In this document: piece by piece, positions 19,105-30,658 of the stretch | Position numbering within the stretch: the first letter of the stretch is position 1 | How the letters are laid out: each line of letters opens with the position of its first letter | Assembly (NCBI GenBank): GCA_036732145.1 | Contig: DAINCY010000003.1 | Span: forward strand, 9,596 to 73,595 | Length of the DNA: 64,000 bases | DNA from: Candidatus Dormiibacterota bacterium | GTDB lineage: Bacteria > Chloroflexota > Dormibacteria > Aeolococcales > Aeolococcaceae | Reading direction: 5' to 3' | Notes under the pieces: generated by a model | Database searches by the model: none | Seen by the model: the letters and a program-made list of their open reading frames with translations, nothing else | What the model was told of the DNA's origin: nothing | Made by a program: the position numbers and the translations under genes

Positions 19105-19956
19105 TCAGCGGGGGTCTGGGCGATGGAGGTCGCGATGCCGGACGCCGACGGTGACGCCGTCCGCGGCGAGGCGTGCGGCGAGCTCGACGGCGATGACCAC
19201 CGACCGATGCCGGCCGCCGGTGCAGCCGACGGCGACGTGAATGGCCTGACGTCCTCGTCGTCGCGCGACCGCGACGACCCACTCCAGCACAGCCGCCGTC
19301 TTCTCAATGAACTCGCGCGACACCTCCTGACCAAGCAGGAAGTCACGCACAGGTTGATCGAGACCGGTGAGAGGTCGCAGTGCCGGCTCCCAGAAGGGGT
19401 TGGGCAGGATGCGGCTGTCGATCACCCAGTCAGCCTCGATCTGGGGCCCGTACTTGAAGCCGAACGACGACACCGTGCAGCGTAGCGCCGACGTCGACGC
19501 CCGTTCCGCCGCCACCACGTCGAGGATGCGTTCGGAGAGCTCGGCCTCGGTCAGTGCCCCGGTGTCGATGACCACGTCCGCGGCGGCGCGCAGCGGCGTG
19601 ACCATGGCTCGTTCCGCCGTCACCGCCGCCTGTCCGCCGCCGGCGGCGGCGCACGGGTGGGGGCGGGTGCTGTCCGCGAGCCGCCGGACCAGCACAGCGT
19701 CCGGCGCGTCAAGGAAGACGACCTGGGCTCCGCCGGCACCGTCGAGCCCGGCGAGCTGCTCCCCGCTCCGCGAATCGACCACGGCCACTGCCGGTTCGGA
19801 CCTCGGCTCGGCGATGAACGCGGCCAGCATGGCCACCGGAAGGTTGTCGACGCAGCTGATGCCGGCGGCCTCGAGAGCGCGGAGCGCCGTGGTCTTGCCC
19901 GCCCCGCTCATCCCGGTCAGAACCCACGGCCTGGTCTCCGGTTCGGCGCTGTTCAC
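19105..19956 (-). CDS. rapZ: RapZ/YvcJ P-loop nucleotide-binding protein
   Basis: 283 aa. Walker A GMSGAGKTT is present, plus the C-terminal FGFKYG...D...DSR.LPNPF and GCTGGRHRSV motifs. Confidence 0.9.
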   Translation of the reverse strand: MNSAEPETRPWVLTGMSGAGKTTALRALEAAGISCVDNLPVAMLAAFIAEPRSEPAVAVVDSRSGEQLAGLDGAGGAQVVFLDAPDAVLVRRLADSTRPHPCAAAGGGQAAVTAERAMVTPLRAAADVVIDTGALTEAELSERILDVVAAERASTSALRCTVSSFGFKYGPQIEADWVIDSRILPNPFWEPALRPLTGLDQPVRDFLLGQEVSREFIEKTAAVLEWVVAVARRRGRQAIHVAVGCTGGRHRSVVIAVELAARLAADGVTVGVRHRDLHRPDPR

Positions 19957-20172
19957 GAGCGAAAGTGTAGTGGCGTCCGCGGGAACGCCCGACTGGCGGG
20001 AGCCGTGTCATGAAAGCGCAAGGTGGCGACCGTAGAGTGGCCCGCACGGAATCACCCGTCCGCGCGGCCTCGCTTCGGAGGTGCCCCGTTCGCGGTAGTC
20101 GAGCACAGCAACCGGGTGGCGAGTTGTGACCTATCCTCAGAGCAGCATGAGTCCAGCGGTGCCGAACTGACC

Positions 20173-20841
20173 GTGCGCATCCTGGTCGCCGAGGACGACC
20201 CCGGGCTCCGCACCGTGCTCACCCAGGGTCTCGAAGATCACGGCTTCTTCGTCGACGCCGTGTCTCGCGGGGACGACGCCATCGCCCAGCTCCGCTTCTA
20301 TGAGTACGACGTGGCCGTCCTCGACTGGCGCATGCCCGGCGCATCCGGCATGGAGGTGGTGTCGTGGGTGCGCCGCGAGAAGCGTCCCACCCGGCTGCTC
20401 ATGCTCACCGCCCGCGACACCACCGCCGATCGGATCGAGGGGCTCGACGCCGGCGCCGACGACTATCTGGTCAAGCCCTTCGACTTCGGCGAGCTGCTCG
20501 CCCGCATCCGCGCCCTCCAGCGCCGACCTCCCGGCACCGACACGGCCACGCTGGTGCGCGGCGGCCTCGAGCTCGATCCCAATCGCCGCGAGGTGACCGC
20601 GCGCGGTCGCGCCATCCACCTCAGCACGACCGAGTTCAACATCCTCGAGCTGCTCATGCGCCGCGCGCCCCAGGTGGTCGATCGCAACAGCATCGCCCAG
20701 CAGGCCTGGCGCGACGAGACGGACCCGCTCGGTTCCAATGCCATCGACGTCCGCCTCAGCAGGCTGCGGGCCAAGCTGCCGGACGTCGGCGTGCGCATCG
20801 TCACAGTCCGTGGCGCCGGCTACCGCCTGGAGTACGCATGA
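20173..20841 (+). CDS. OmpR-family response regulator
   Basis: GTG at 20173 in ORF 20023..20841. The receiver domain has RILVAEDD...DVAVLDWRMPG...LMLTARD...GADDYLVKPF. The C-terminus is a winged helix (TTEFNILELL...VRGAGYRL). Confidence 0.9.
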   Translation: MRILVAEDDPGLRTVLTQGLEDHGFFVDAVSRGDDAIAQLRFYEYDVAVLDWRMPGASGMEVVSWVRREKRPTRLLMLTARDTTADRIEGLDAGADDYLVKPFDFGELLARIRALQRRPPGTDTATLVRGGLELDPNRREVTARGRAIHLSTTEFNILELLMRRAPQVVDRNSIAQQAWRDETDPLGSNAIDVRLSRLRAKLPDVGVRIVTVRGAGYRLEYA

Positions 20842-22259
20842 GCGGGGCACGGGAGGCCAAGACGACTCGCCGGGTCCTCGGCCAGATGGCGCGAGCGCGA
20901 CGCCGTTTCCTCAGCGGGTCGCGGCTGGACGTGCGCTCGGCCGCGGTCCGTGTTGCGCTGGTCGCCACCGCCATCGTCTTCGTCGCCTATGTGGTGATCG
21001 CCGCCGCTGTGATGCTCATCGTCAACCGCAACCTCACCAGCGACGTCGACGGCCGACTGCAGACGCGCCTGAACCTCTATGTAAGCGAGTTTTCCGGGCA
21101 GCCCATGCAGCCTGGCTCGAACGGTTTCAACGGGCCCACCCAGCACACCCTCCAGGAGCCGCTTCTGACGTGGGTCATCTTTCCGAGCGGCGCGGTACAG
21201 CCCTACGTCGACAACTTAGGGCAATTTCATCCGCGGGGGACACTGCCGGACAGCGCGCGGGCGATCACCTCATCCACCACCCTCACTCTGAGTGACGGGA
21301 CCGACATCCGGGGGGCGGGAGTGGCAATCGGAGGGGTCCACATCGTCGTCGGCCAATCGGTGGCCAACGTCGAGGCAACCCAGCACAACATCCTCACTGC
21401 CGAAGTGCTCATTGGGCCCCTCCTCTTGGTCCTGGTCTTCCTGGGAGCCGTCACCGTCGGCCGCCGGGTCGGCTCGCCGATCGAGCGCGCCCGGCAGCGG
21501 CAGATCGAGATGACCGCGGACGCGTCCCACGAACTCCGCACCCCGCTCTCCGTGATTGAGGCGCAGACATCGCTGGCATTGGAGCGAGAGCGCGACACCG
21601 GCTGGTACCGCAACGCCTTCCAGGCGGTCGGGGTGGAGAGCAAACGGATGCGGCGGCTGGTCGACGACCTCCTCTGGCTGGCCCGGTTCGACAGCGCGGG
21701 GCCGGCGCCTTCGTCCGAGGCCACCGACCTAGGAGTGCTCGCCCAGCAGGCCGCCGAACGCTTCACAGCTGTGGCGGAGGCGCATGGACTCACCATGCGG
21801 GTTTCCGTGGAACCCGTGTCGACCATGATCAGCGCCCCACCGGAATGGCTCGACCGCCTCCTCGGTGTCCTCCTTGACAACGCCTGCCGCTATACGCCCC
21901 CCGGGGGCACCGTCGACGTGCTCGTCGGGCGACGCGACGGCCGCGTGCGCCTCGCCATCGACGACTCCGGGCCGGGAATCCCCGAGGCCGAGCGCAAGCA
22001 CATCTTCGACCGCTTCCGCCGCGCCAGCGACGCCCCGGGTGGCTCCGGGCTCGGCCTGGCGATCGCCGCCGCGGTTGTGAATGCGAGTGGCGGCCGGTGG
22101 GACGTCGGAGCTTCGCCGGCCGAAGGCGCGAGCATGGCCGTCAGCTGGGCGCCACTGATTCGTGGCGACGCAGTGACCGAGGAGTCGCCCATATCGCGCC
22201 AGTCAGGAGCTGACACGGGTGCGCTGGCACCACCACCAGCTCCGGCGCACCCCGCCTGA
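20838..22259 (+). CDS. Sensor histidine kinase (HisKA + HATPase_c)
   Basis: The ATG at 20838 overlaps the regulator stop (ATGA). Two TM segments are present, with H-box ADASHELRTPLS, N-box LLDNACRYTP and G-boxes DDSGPGIP / GGSGLGLAI. Confidence 0.9.
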   Translation: MSGAREAKTTRRVLGQMARARRRFLSGSRLDVRSAAVRVALVATAIVFVAYVVIAAAVMLIVNRNLTSDVDGRLQTRLNLYVSEFSGQPMQPGSNGFNGPTQHTLQEPLLTWVIFPSGAVQPYVDNLGQFHPRGTLPDSARAITSSTTLTLSDGTDIRGAGVAIGGVHIVVGQSVANVEATQHNILTAEVLIGPLLLVLVFLGAVTVGRRVGSPIERARQRQIEMTADASHELRTPLSVIEAQTSLALERERDTGWYRNAFQAVGVESKRMRRLVDDLLWLARFDSAGPAPSSEATDLGVLAQQAAERFTAVAEAHGLTMRVSVEPVSTMISAPPEWLDRLLGVLLDNACRYTPPGGTVDVLVGRRDGRVRLAIDDSGPGIPEAERKHIFDRFRRASDAPGGSGLGLAIAAAVVNASGGRWDVGASPAEGASMAVSWAPLIRGDAVTEESPISRQSGADTGALAPPPAPAHPA

Positions 22260-22267
22260 GGGATCGG

Positions 22268-24307
22268 CTAGAGCAGCTCCTTGATGCTCAGCGCCACCGG
22301 GCGCGGCACGTCCTCGGAGAGCGCTTCGACGCTGGCGGCGCGGATCCCGTCGACACTGCCGAAGCGACGCAGAAGCGCCCGCTTGCGCACCGGTCCCAGT
22401 CCCGGAACGACGTCAAGGCGCGAACGCAGCGCGCTGCGCGCCCGCCGTGCGCGGTGGCTCGTGATGGCAAAGCGATGGGCCTCGTCACGCACTCGCTGCA
22501 CCAGGAAGAGCGTGGGACTGTCCCTCTCGATGATGATCGGGCGGGACGCCCCGGGCGCGAACAGCTCCTCATTGCGCTTGGCCAGTCCGAACACCGGCAC
22601 CTGCCCGAGGCCCGCCGCACGCAGCACACGATGGGCGGCGGCGAGCTGGCCCTTGCCGCCGTCGATGAGGACGAGGTCGGGAAGGATGCCGAAGCTGTCC
22701 TCAGCGTTGGCGTTCTCCGGCCCACGCTCTGCCACCTCGGTTGCCTTGGTGACCTCGCCGTTGGTCCCGGCGGGGTCGTCGACGGGGATGTCGTCCGCTT
22801 CCGCTCCCTCAGCACGGCTGCGCAAGAGACGCGCGAACCGGCGCCGCAGCGTCTCCTCGATGGAGGCGAAGTCGTCACTCCCCTCGACAGTGCGGATGCC
22901 GAAGTGGCGGTAGTGCGACGGTCGGGGACGGCCATCCTCGAAAACGATCATCGAGCCCACCGAGTTCGTGCCCATGGTGTTGCTGATGTCGTAGCACTCG
23001 ATTCGTCGGGGCGGACCCGGAAGTCTGAGCCGCTCGGCGAGATCGACGAGCAACGCCTCGGTGCGCTCGGCGTCGAAGTCGTCCACGATGCGGCGCTGCC
23101 GCAGCGCGCTCGACGCAGTCGTGCGCGCCTGTTCGACGAGCTCCCGGCCCGTTCCGCGCCGGGCATGGCGGAGATCGACTGGAGCACCGCGCTGCTCGGC
23201 GAGGAACTCCTGGATCACGGCCGCATCCTCGATGGCGTCGGAGACCAGGACGGTGCGGGGCACCGTCGGTGCGCTGCCGTAGTACTGCGGCACGAACGCC
23301 CCCAGGCAGTCACCGGCGCTGAGGTCGGTGACGCCCTCGAGCTCGTGGGTCTCCATGGCCATGACGCGTCCCTTGCGCACCGACAGCAGCGCCACCATGG
23401 CCCGGCCGCCCTCCAGCGCGACCGCCACGCAATCCTGGTCGGCACGCGAACCGGTGAGCATCTTCTGCCGTTCGGCGATACGGTGCGTGGCGCGCAACCG
23501 GTCGCGGAAGCGCGCCGCCAGCTCGAAATCGAGTCTTCCGGAGGCGTCCTCCATCTGCCTGTGCAGCTGGGCGTCCAGGACGTCGCTGCGGCCCTGCATG
23601 AAGAGGTCGACCTGGTCGAGCAGGGTGGCGTACTCGACGGCGTCGATGCGTCCCTCGCAGGGACCGCTGCAGCGCTTGATGTGGTAGTCGAGACACACCC
23701 GGCCGCGCCGGAAGATATCGTCGCTGCAGGTGCGGAACGGAAAGATGGTGCGCAGTGACTTCACCGTGGTGCGCAACGATTGCGCGCTCGTGTACGGCCC
23801 GAAGTAGCGCGCTCCGTCGCGCGCGAGGCGGCGTGTGTAGTACGGCCGGGGAAATTCGGTGGCGAGGGCACCGCGCTCGCCCCGCGGGGCTCGCATCTGC
23901 TCGCGGGCTGTGCCCGGAGCGTGGGCTGGCCCCGCTCCCGGCTTGGGGATCTTCAGGTACAGGTAGCTCTTGTCGTCCTTGAGGCGCACGTTGTAGCGCG
24001 GCCGGTATTGCTTGATCAGGGTGTTCTCGAGGATCAACGCCTCACGCTCATTGAGACAGGAGATCACCTCGAAGTCGAAGACGCGGTCCACCAGTGTGCG
24101 AGTGCGTGCCGGGAGAGAATCCATGCCCGTGAAGTACGAACGCAAGCGGTTGCGCAGGCTGGCCGCCTTGCCCACGTAGGCAACGCGCCCGGCCAGGTCG
24201 CGCATCACGTACACCCCGGCCCCGGTCGGCGCTGCGCGCAGCCGCGCACGGAGCAGGTCGGCGTTGTCGACCAGCCGGGCGCGTCGCGACGCCGTCTGCG
24301 TGCTCAC
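22268..24307 (-). CDS. uvrC: Excinuclease ABC subunit C
   Basis: 679 aa. The N-terminus has a GIY-YIG domain (GVYVMRD...VAYVGKA). The C-terminus has (HhH)2 (VPGLGPVRKRALLRRFGS). Confidence 0.97.
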   Translation of the reverse strand: MSTQTASRRARLVDNADLLRARLRAAPTGAGVYVMRDLAGRVAYVGKAASLRNRLRSYFTGMDSLPARTRTLVDRVFDFEVISCLNEREALILENTLIKQYRPRYNVRLKDDKSYLYLKIPKPGAGPAHAPGTAREQMRAPRGERGALATEFPRPYYTRRLARDGARYFGPYTSAQSLRTTVKSLRTIFPFRTCSDDIFRRGRVCLDYHIKRCSGPCEGRIDAVEYATLLDQVDLFMQGRSDVLDAQLHRQMEDASGRLDFELAARFRDRLRATHRIAERQKMLTGSRADQDCVAVALEGGRAMVALLSVRKGRVMAMETHELEGVTDLSAGDCLGAFVPQYYGSAPTVPRTVLVSDAIEDAAVIQEFLAEQRGAPVDLRHARRGTGRELVEQARTTASSALRQRRIVDDFDAERTEALLVDLAERLRLPGPPRRIECYDISNTMGTNSVGSMIVFEDGRPRPSHYRHFGIRTVEGSDDFASIEETLRRRFARLLRSRAEGAEADDIPVDDPAGTNGEVTKATEVAERGPENANAEDSFGILPDLVLIDGGKGQLAAAHRVLRAAGLGQVPVFGLAKRNEELFAPGASRPIIIERDSPTLFLVQRVRDEAHRFAITSHRARRARSALRSRLDVVPGLGPVRKRALLRRFGSVDGIRAASVEALSEDVPRPVALSIKELL

Positions 24308-24342
24308 CCGTCCACTCTACGGCGGCAGCCCGCGCGATCCAC

Positions 24343-26388
<2,046 letters not shown>

Positions 26389-28605
26389 TCAGTTGTTGAG
26401 TGGATAGATCGCCGAGTCGGCGACCGCGAAGATCTTCACCCCGGCGCTGTCGAACTTGATGACCACCTCCTCACCGGAGCGCGTCATGGTGCTCTTGAGG
26501 ATGGTCCCCTCCCCGAGCTTGGGATGGGCGATGCGCGCGCCCTCGCGGTAGCGCTGCGGTGCGAGCTCAACGGGATTGGGGCGAACCGCGTGGGCGTGCA
26601 CGGCGGCTCGGACGGCGCCGCGCGTGCCCGGCGACGATGGCACCGCCGCCCCGGGACGGCGGACGATGTCGAGAAGTTCGGGCGGCAGGTCGGCGAGAAA
26701 GCGCGACTCTTTCGCCGGATGCGGCGCCCCATAGAGGTGGCGGCGGAAGGCATGGAGTAGGTAGAGACGGCGCTGCGCACGGGTGACGCCGACGTAGGTG
26801 AGCCGCCGCTCTTCGGCGACGCCGCTGTCACCCTCCTCGAGGGCTCGGCTATGAGGCAGCAGCCCCTCCTCCATACCTGCCAGGAACACGACTGGGAACT
26901 CCAGGCCCTTGACCTGGTGCAGGGTGATGAGGGTGACGCCGATGGCGGAGTCGTCGAGCGTGTCGACATCGGAGACCAGCGCCACATTCTCGAGGAACTG
27001 GGTGAGTCCCTCTGGCGGTGGAACGTCGGCGTACTCCGCGGCCAGGCCCACCAGCTCGGTGACGTTGGCCCAGCGCTCCTCGCTCTCCGGCGTACCGTCG
27101 CGCAGCATCCGCTGGTAGCCGGTGTCGTCGAGCACCCGGTCGAGAAACTGCGGCAGCGGCATGCGCTCGGAGAGTCCGCGAAGTTCGCCGATCAGGCGGC
27201 CGAAGTCGCCCAGGGCCGCGCGCGCTGCAGGGGTGATCTCAGCGCTGTCGTCGAGCCCACTCACAGCCTCGAAGGGCGAGATGCGCTTGCGCCGCGCCAG
27301 CCGTTCGAGCTCTGCGACGGTGCGGTCGCCGATCTTGCGCCGGGGGACGTTGACCACCCGGCCGAATGACACCGAGTCGCGGGGATTGGCAATCAGCCGC
27401 AGGTAGGCGAGCACGTCCTTCACCTCGCGACGCTCGTAGAAGCGCTGCCCGCCCACGAGCCGGTAGGGGATGCCGCGGCGGAGCAGGACGTCCTCGAAGG
27501 CACGGGACTGGGCGTTGGTGCGGTACAGGACGGCGCAGTCGCTGAGTGAGAAGCCCTCGCTGCCGATGAGCATCTCGATCTCGCCGCAGACGGCAAGAGC
27601 CTCCTCCTGCTCGTCAAACACCGATATCAACCGGACCGGCTCACCTCCGGTGCGGTCGGTCCAGAGCTTTTTGGCGGCTCGGTCTGTGTTGTGTCGTATC
27701 ACTCCGTGAGCGGCGTCGAGGATGACCTGCGTGGAGCGATAGTTCTGCTCCAGCGTCACCACCGTGGCGTCCGGATAGTCGCGACGGAAGCTGAGGATGT
27801 TGCTCACATCCGCGCCTCTCCAGCCATAGATCGACTGGTCATCGTCGCCGACGACGGTGAGATTGCGGTGCTTTTCCGACAGCAGCTTGACCAGCACGTA
27901 CTGGGCGAGGTTGGTGTCCTGGTACTCGTCGACGAAGAGATGGCGGAAGCGCCGCTGATACTCCTCGCGGACGGGATCGCATTCCCGGAACAGCTGCACG
28001 GTGCGCACCAGGAGGTCGTCGAAGTCGAGCGCATCGGCGGCGCGCATCTCCGTCTGGTAGGCAGCGAAGGCCCTGGCGATCGTTGCCTCCCAGTAGCCGC
28101 CGTTGTACTTGGCGGCGTATGCGCTGGCGTCGAGGAGCTCGTTCTTGGCCGCGCTGATGGCGTGCCCCACCTTGGCGACCGGGTACCGCTTGTCGTCGAT
28201 GTCCTCGACGGCCATGGCACGCCGCAGTGCGGCCGCGCGATCCGCCTCGTCGTAGATGGAGAAGCGACTGGGAATGCCGATGGCGCTGCCGTCACGGCGA
28301 AGGATGCGCGCCCCCAGCGCGTGGAAGGTGCCGATCCACATGCCCGATGTGCTTCCGCCGAGCAGTGTCTCGACGCGGCCCCGCATCTCGCGCGCCGCCT
28401 TGTTGGTGAAGGTGACCGCGCAGATCTCATGAGGGCTCACGTCGCGAGTCGCCAGCACATAGGCAATCCGGTGGGTCAGCACACGCGTCTTGCCGCTGCC
28501 CGCGCCGGCAAAGATCAGGAGCGGGCCGTCGGGGGCGACGACGGCCTCACGCTGGGCGTCGTTGAGGTCGGTGAGAAGGGGCGTGGAGTGGGTGGTGGCG
28601 CTCAG
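26389..28605 (-). CDS. pcrA: ATP-dependent DNA helicase PcrA/UvrD; start non-canonical or unresolved
   Basis: ORF 26389..29118. Homology begins at ...TPLLTDLNDAQREAVVAPDGPLLIFAGAGSGKTRVLTHRIA, only 8 codons after the upstream gene's stop. No ATG/GTG/TTG lies in that gap. A CTG at 28605 overlaps the stop (CTGA). Confidence 0.85.
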   Translation of the reverse strand: MSATTHSTPLLTDLNDAQREAVVAPDGPLLIFAGAGSGKTRVLTHRIAYVLATRDVSPHEICAVTFTNKAAREMRGRVETLLGGSTSGMWIGTFHALGARILRRDGSAIGIPSRFSIYDEADRAAALRRAMAVEDIDDKRYPVAKVGHAISAAKNELLDASAYAAKYNGGYWEATIARAFAAYQTEMRAADALDFDDLLVRTVQLFRECDPVREEYQRRFRHLFVDEYQDTNLAQYVLVKLLSEKHRNLTVVGDDDQSIYGWRGADVSNILSFRRDYPDATVVTLEQNYRSTQVILDAAHGVIRHNTDRAAKKLWTDRTGGEPVRLISVFDEQEEALAVCGEIEMLIGSEGFSLSDCAVLYRTNAQSRAFEDVLLRRGIPYRLVGGQRFYERREVKDVLAYLRLIANPRDSVSFGRVVNVPRRKIGDRTVAELERLARRKRISPFEAVSGLDDSAEITPAARAALGDFGRLIGELRGLSERMPLPQFLDRVLDDTGYQRMLRDGTPESEERWANVTELVGLAAEYADVPPPEGLTQFLENVALVSDVDTLDDSAIGVTLITLHQVKGLEFPVVFLAGMEEGLLPHSRALEEGDSGVAEERRLTYVGVTRAQRRLYLLHAFRRHLYGAPHPAKESRFLADLPPELLDIVRRPGAAVPSSPGTRGAVRAAVHAHAVRPNPVELAPQRYREGARIAHPKLGEGTILKSTMTRSGEEVVIKFDSAGVKIFAVADSAIYPLNN

Positions 28606-29492
28606 GGTGCAGTGGCAGTGATGTCCGCGCCGGATGGCTGCGGAGGCGGAACGACCACAGCATTGTAGGAGTCGGGGCGGCGGTCCCCGATCAGGTGATT
28701 GCGCGGCGTGCGGCGCTGGCCGGCGGCCACGCCGTCGAGGTCGACGTCGGCCAGGAGCAGCGTCTCCTCCTCCGGACCTGCCGGGCCCTGCAGGGGCCAG
28801 CCGTCTGGCCCGACGATGATGGAACAACCCAGGAAGCGCACCTCGCGCTCGACGCCGACACGGTCGGCGCAGGCTATGAACACGCCGTTCTGACCGGCCG
28901 TGGCCATGGCCACGATGTCCCCCATGCAGTACCCGGCTGCGTCGAAGAGCTGGCGCCGAAAGGAGGCGACCCAGTTGGTGGGCACCGCGATCACCTCGGC
29001 CCCCGCCAGTGCCAGCGCCCGCGCCGCCTCCGGAAACCAGAGGTCGTAGCAGATCACCATGCCGACCCTTCCGAACGGCAGCTCCACCACGGGCAGCTCG
29101 CCTCCCGGCTCGAACCACGACTGCTCATCGTTGAAGAGGTGCAGCTTCCGATAGGTGGCCAGGTGACCCTGCGGACCGATGAGGACGGCGCTGTTGTGCC
29201 GGACCCCACCATCCTGCTCATTGACGCCCACGACGCAATGCATGGCGGCGGCCGCACACACCTCGGTCAGCCCCGCGACGAGCTCGCCGTGCCTGGCATC
29301 CTGCGCACTTGCCGACGCCTCAGCCTCGGAGGCAAAGACGTAGCCGCTCGAGGCCAGCTCGGGGAGCACCAGTAGTTCGACCCCCTCGGCGGCGGCGCGC
29401 CGCGCCCAGTGCACCGCCGCCGAGTGGTTGCCGGCCACGTCGCCGACCCCGGGGGCGTACTGCGCCACTGCGATCCTCACCGTCCGGCTCAT
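28602..29492 (-). CDS. Carbon-nitrogen hydrolase (nitrilase superfamily) protein
   Basis: 296 aa. RIAVAQYAP...ELLVLPELASSGY (Glu), YRKLHLF (Lys) and MVICYDLWFPE (Cys) form the catalytic triad. Confidence 0.85.
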   Translation of the reverse strand: MSRTVRIAVAQYAPGVGDVAGNHSAAVHWARRAAAEGVELLVLPELASSGYVFASEAEASASAQDARHGELVAGLTEVCAAAAMHCVVGVNEQDGGVRHNSAVLIGPQGHLATYRKLHLFNDEQSWFEPGGELPVVELPFGRVGMVICYDLWFPEAARALALAGAEVIAVPTNWVASFRRQLFDAAGYCMGDIVAMATAGQNGVFIACADRVGVEREVRFLGCSIIVGPDGWPLQGPAGPEEETLLLADVDLDGVAAGQRRTPRNHLIGDRRPDSYNAVVVPPPQPSGADITATAP

Positions 29493-29493
29493 C

Positions 29494-30654
29494 TCACTCT
29501 CCGTTCACGTTGATGGCAACCCGAGGCACCCGCAGCGACACCGAGCACAGCACGTCATAGGAGATTGTGCCGATCAGGTCGGCGACGGTGGCGGCGTCGA
29601 TCGCATGGCCGTCCCCCTCCCCCAGCAGGATCACCGCGTCTCCGGGGCGCACCTCACCGGCACCGCCGGCGTCGATGGTCAGCTGGTCCATGCTGATGCG
29701 CCCGATGATCGGGCAGAGCGCGCCTCCAGCGATCACAGCGCCGCGATTGCCGTTGCGCCTGTCGACGCCGTCGGCATACCCGGCCGCGACCGTGGCGACC
29801 CGAGTGCGTCGCTGGGCTATCCACTCCCGACCGTAACCGACGCTGTCACCGGCGCCCACCTCCTTGACCATGGTGATGACGGCGCTGACACGCAGCGCTG
29901 GACGCACGTTCACGACGCCGGCGCAGTTCGCCGGGGGATACCCATAGAAGACGATGCCCGGCCGGATGATGTCGTGATGTGTGTCGCGCAGGCGCAGCGC
30001 CGCGGCGCTGTTGGCGCAATGCAGCAGGGCGGCGCTGAACTGCTCGCGCAGTGGCGACACCGCAGTCAGAAACCGCTCGTGCTGAGTGGCGGTGAAGTCG
30101 GTCGATGCCTCATCGGCGGAGGCGAAGTGTGTGAAGAGACCCGCCACCTCGACGTCTCCGCGTGCCGACACCAGCGCGTCGCGCGTGATGGTGAGGTCCT
30201 CGATGCGCGTCCCCAGACGTCCCATGCCGGTGTCGATCTTCCAGTGCACGCTCAGCGGACGGCGGGCGTTTCGAGCCGCCTGGCGGGCGGCCGCAACATC
30301 GGCGGGACCGAACACTGCGACGTCAACGTTCATGGCGCTGGCCACCGGCATCTCCGACGGCATCGTCCACCCACAGTTGAGGATCCGCGCGCCGATCCCG
30401 CCAGTGCGCAGTTCGAGGGCCTCCCTGATGGATGACACGCCGAGCCAGGTCGCCCCGCCCGCCAGCGCGGCGCGGGCCGCGTTCACGGCGCCATGGCCAT
30501 AGCCATTGGCCTTGACCATGGCCATCACGGCGCACCCATCGCCGGCCCAGCGGCGCAGCGATGCGGCATTGTCGCGCAGCGCAGAGATGTCGACCTCCGC
30601 CCACTTGGTGCCGGCGGGCGCGGCCGCGACGTCGCGCTGGTTGCCGGAGGTCAT
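29494..30654 (-). CDS. alr: Alanine racemase
   Basis: 386 aa. The PLP-lysine motif AMVKANGYGHGA is present, with a C-terminal beta domain (GYGREW...VSMDQLTID-like ISMDQLTID). Confidence 0.95.
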   Translation of the reverse strand: MTSGNQRDVAAAPAGTKWAEVDISALRDNAASLRRWAGDGCAVMAMVKANGYGHGAVNAARAALAGGATWLGVSSIREALELRTGGIGARILNCGWTMPSEMPVASAMNVDVAVFGPADVAAARQAARNARRPLSVHWKIDTGMGRLGTRIEDLTITRDALVSARGDVEVAGLFTHFASADEASTDFTATQHERFLTAVSPLREQFSAALLHCANSAAALRLRDTHHDIIRPGIVFYGYPPANCAGVVNVRPALRVSAVITMVKEVGAGDSVGYGREWIAQRRTRVATVAAGYADGVDRRNGNRGAVIAGGALCPIIGRISMDQLTIDAGGAGEVRPGDAVILLGEGDGHAIDAATVADLIGTISYDVLCSVSLRVPRVAINVNGE

Positions 30655-30658
30655 CGCT

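Noticed and set aside
20022-20122. GGTGGCGA direct repeat (20022 and 20115) as a response-regulator binding site
   Set aside because: A GC-rich 8-mer occurring twice 93 nt apart could easily arise by chance in DNA this GC-rich.
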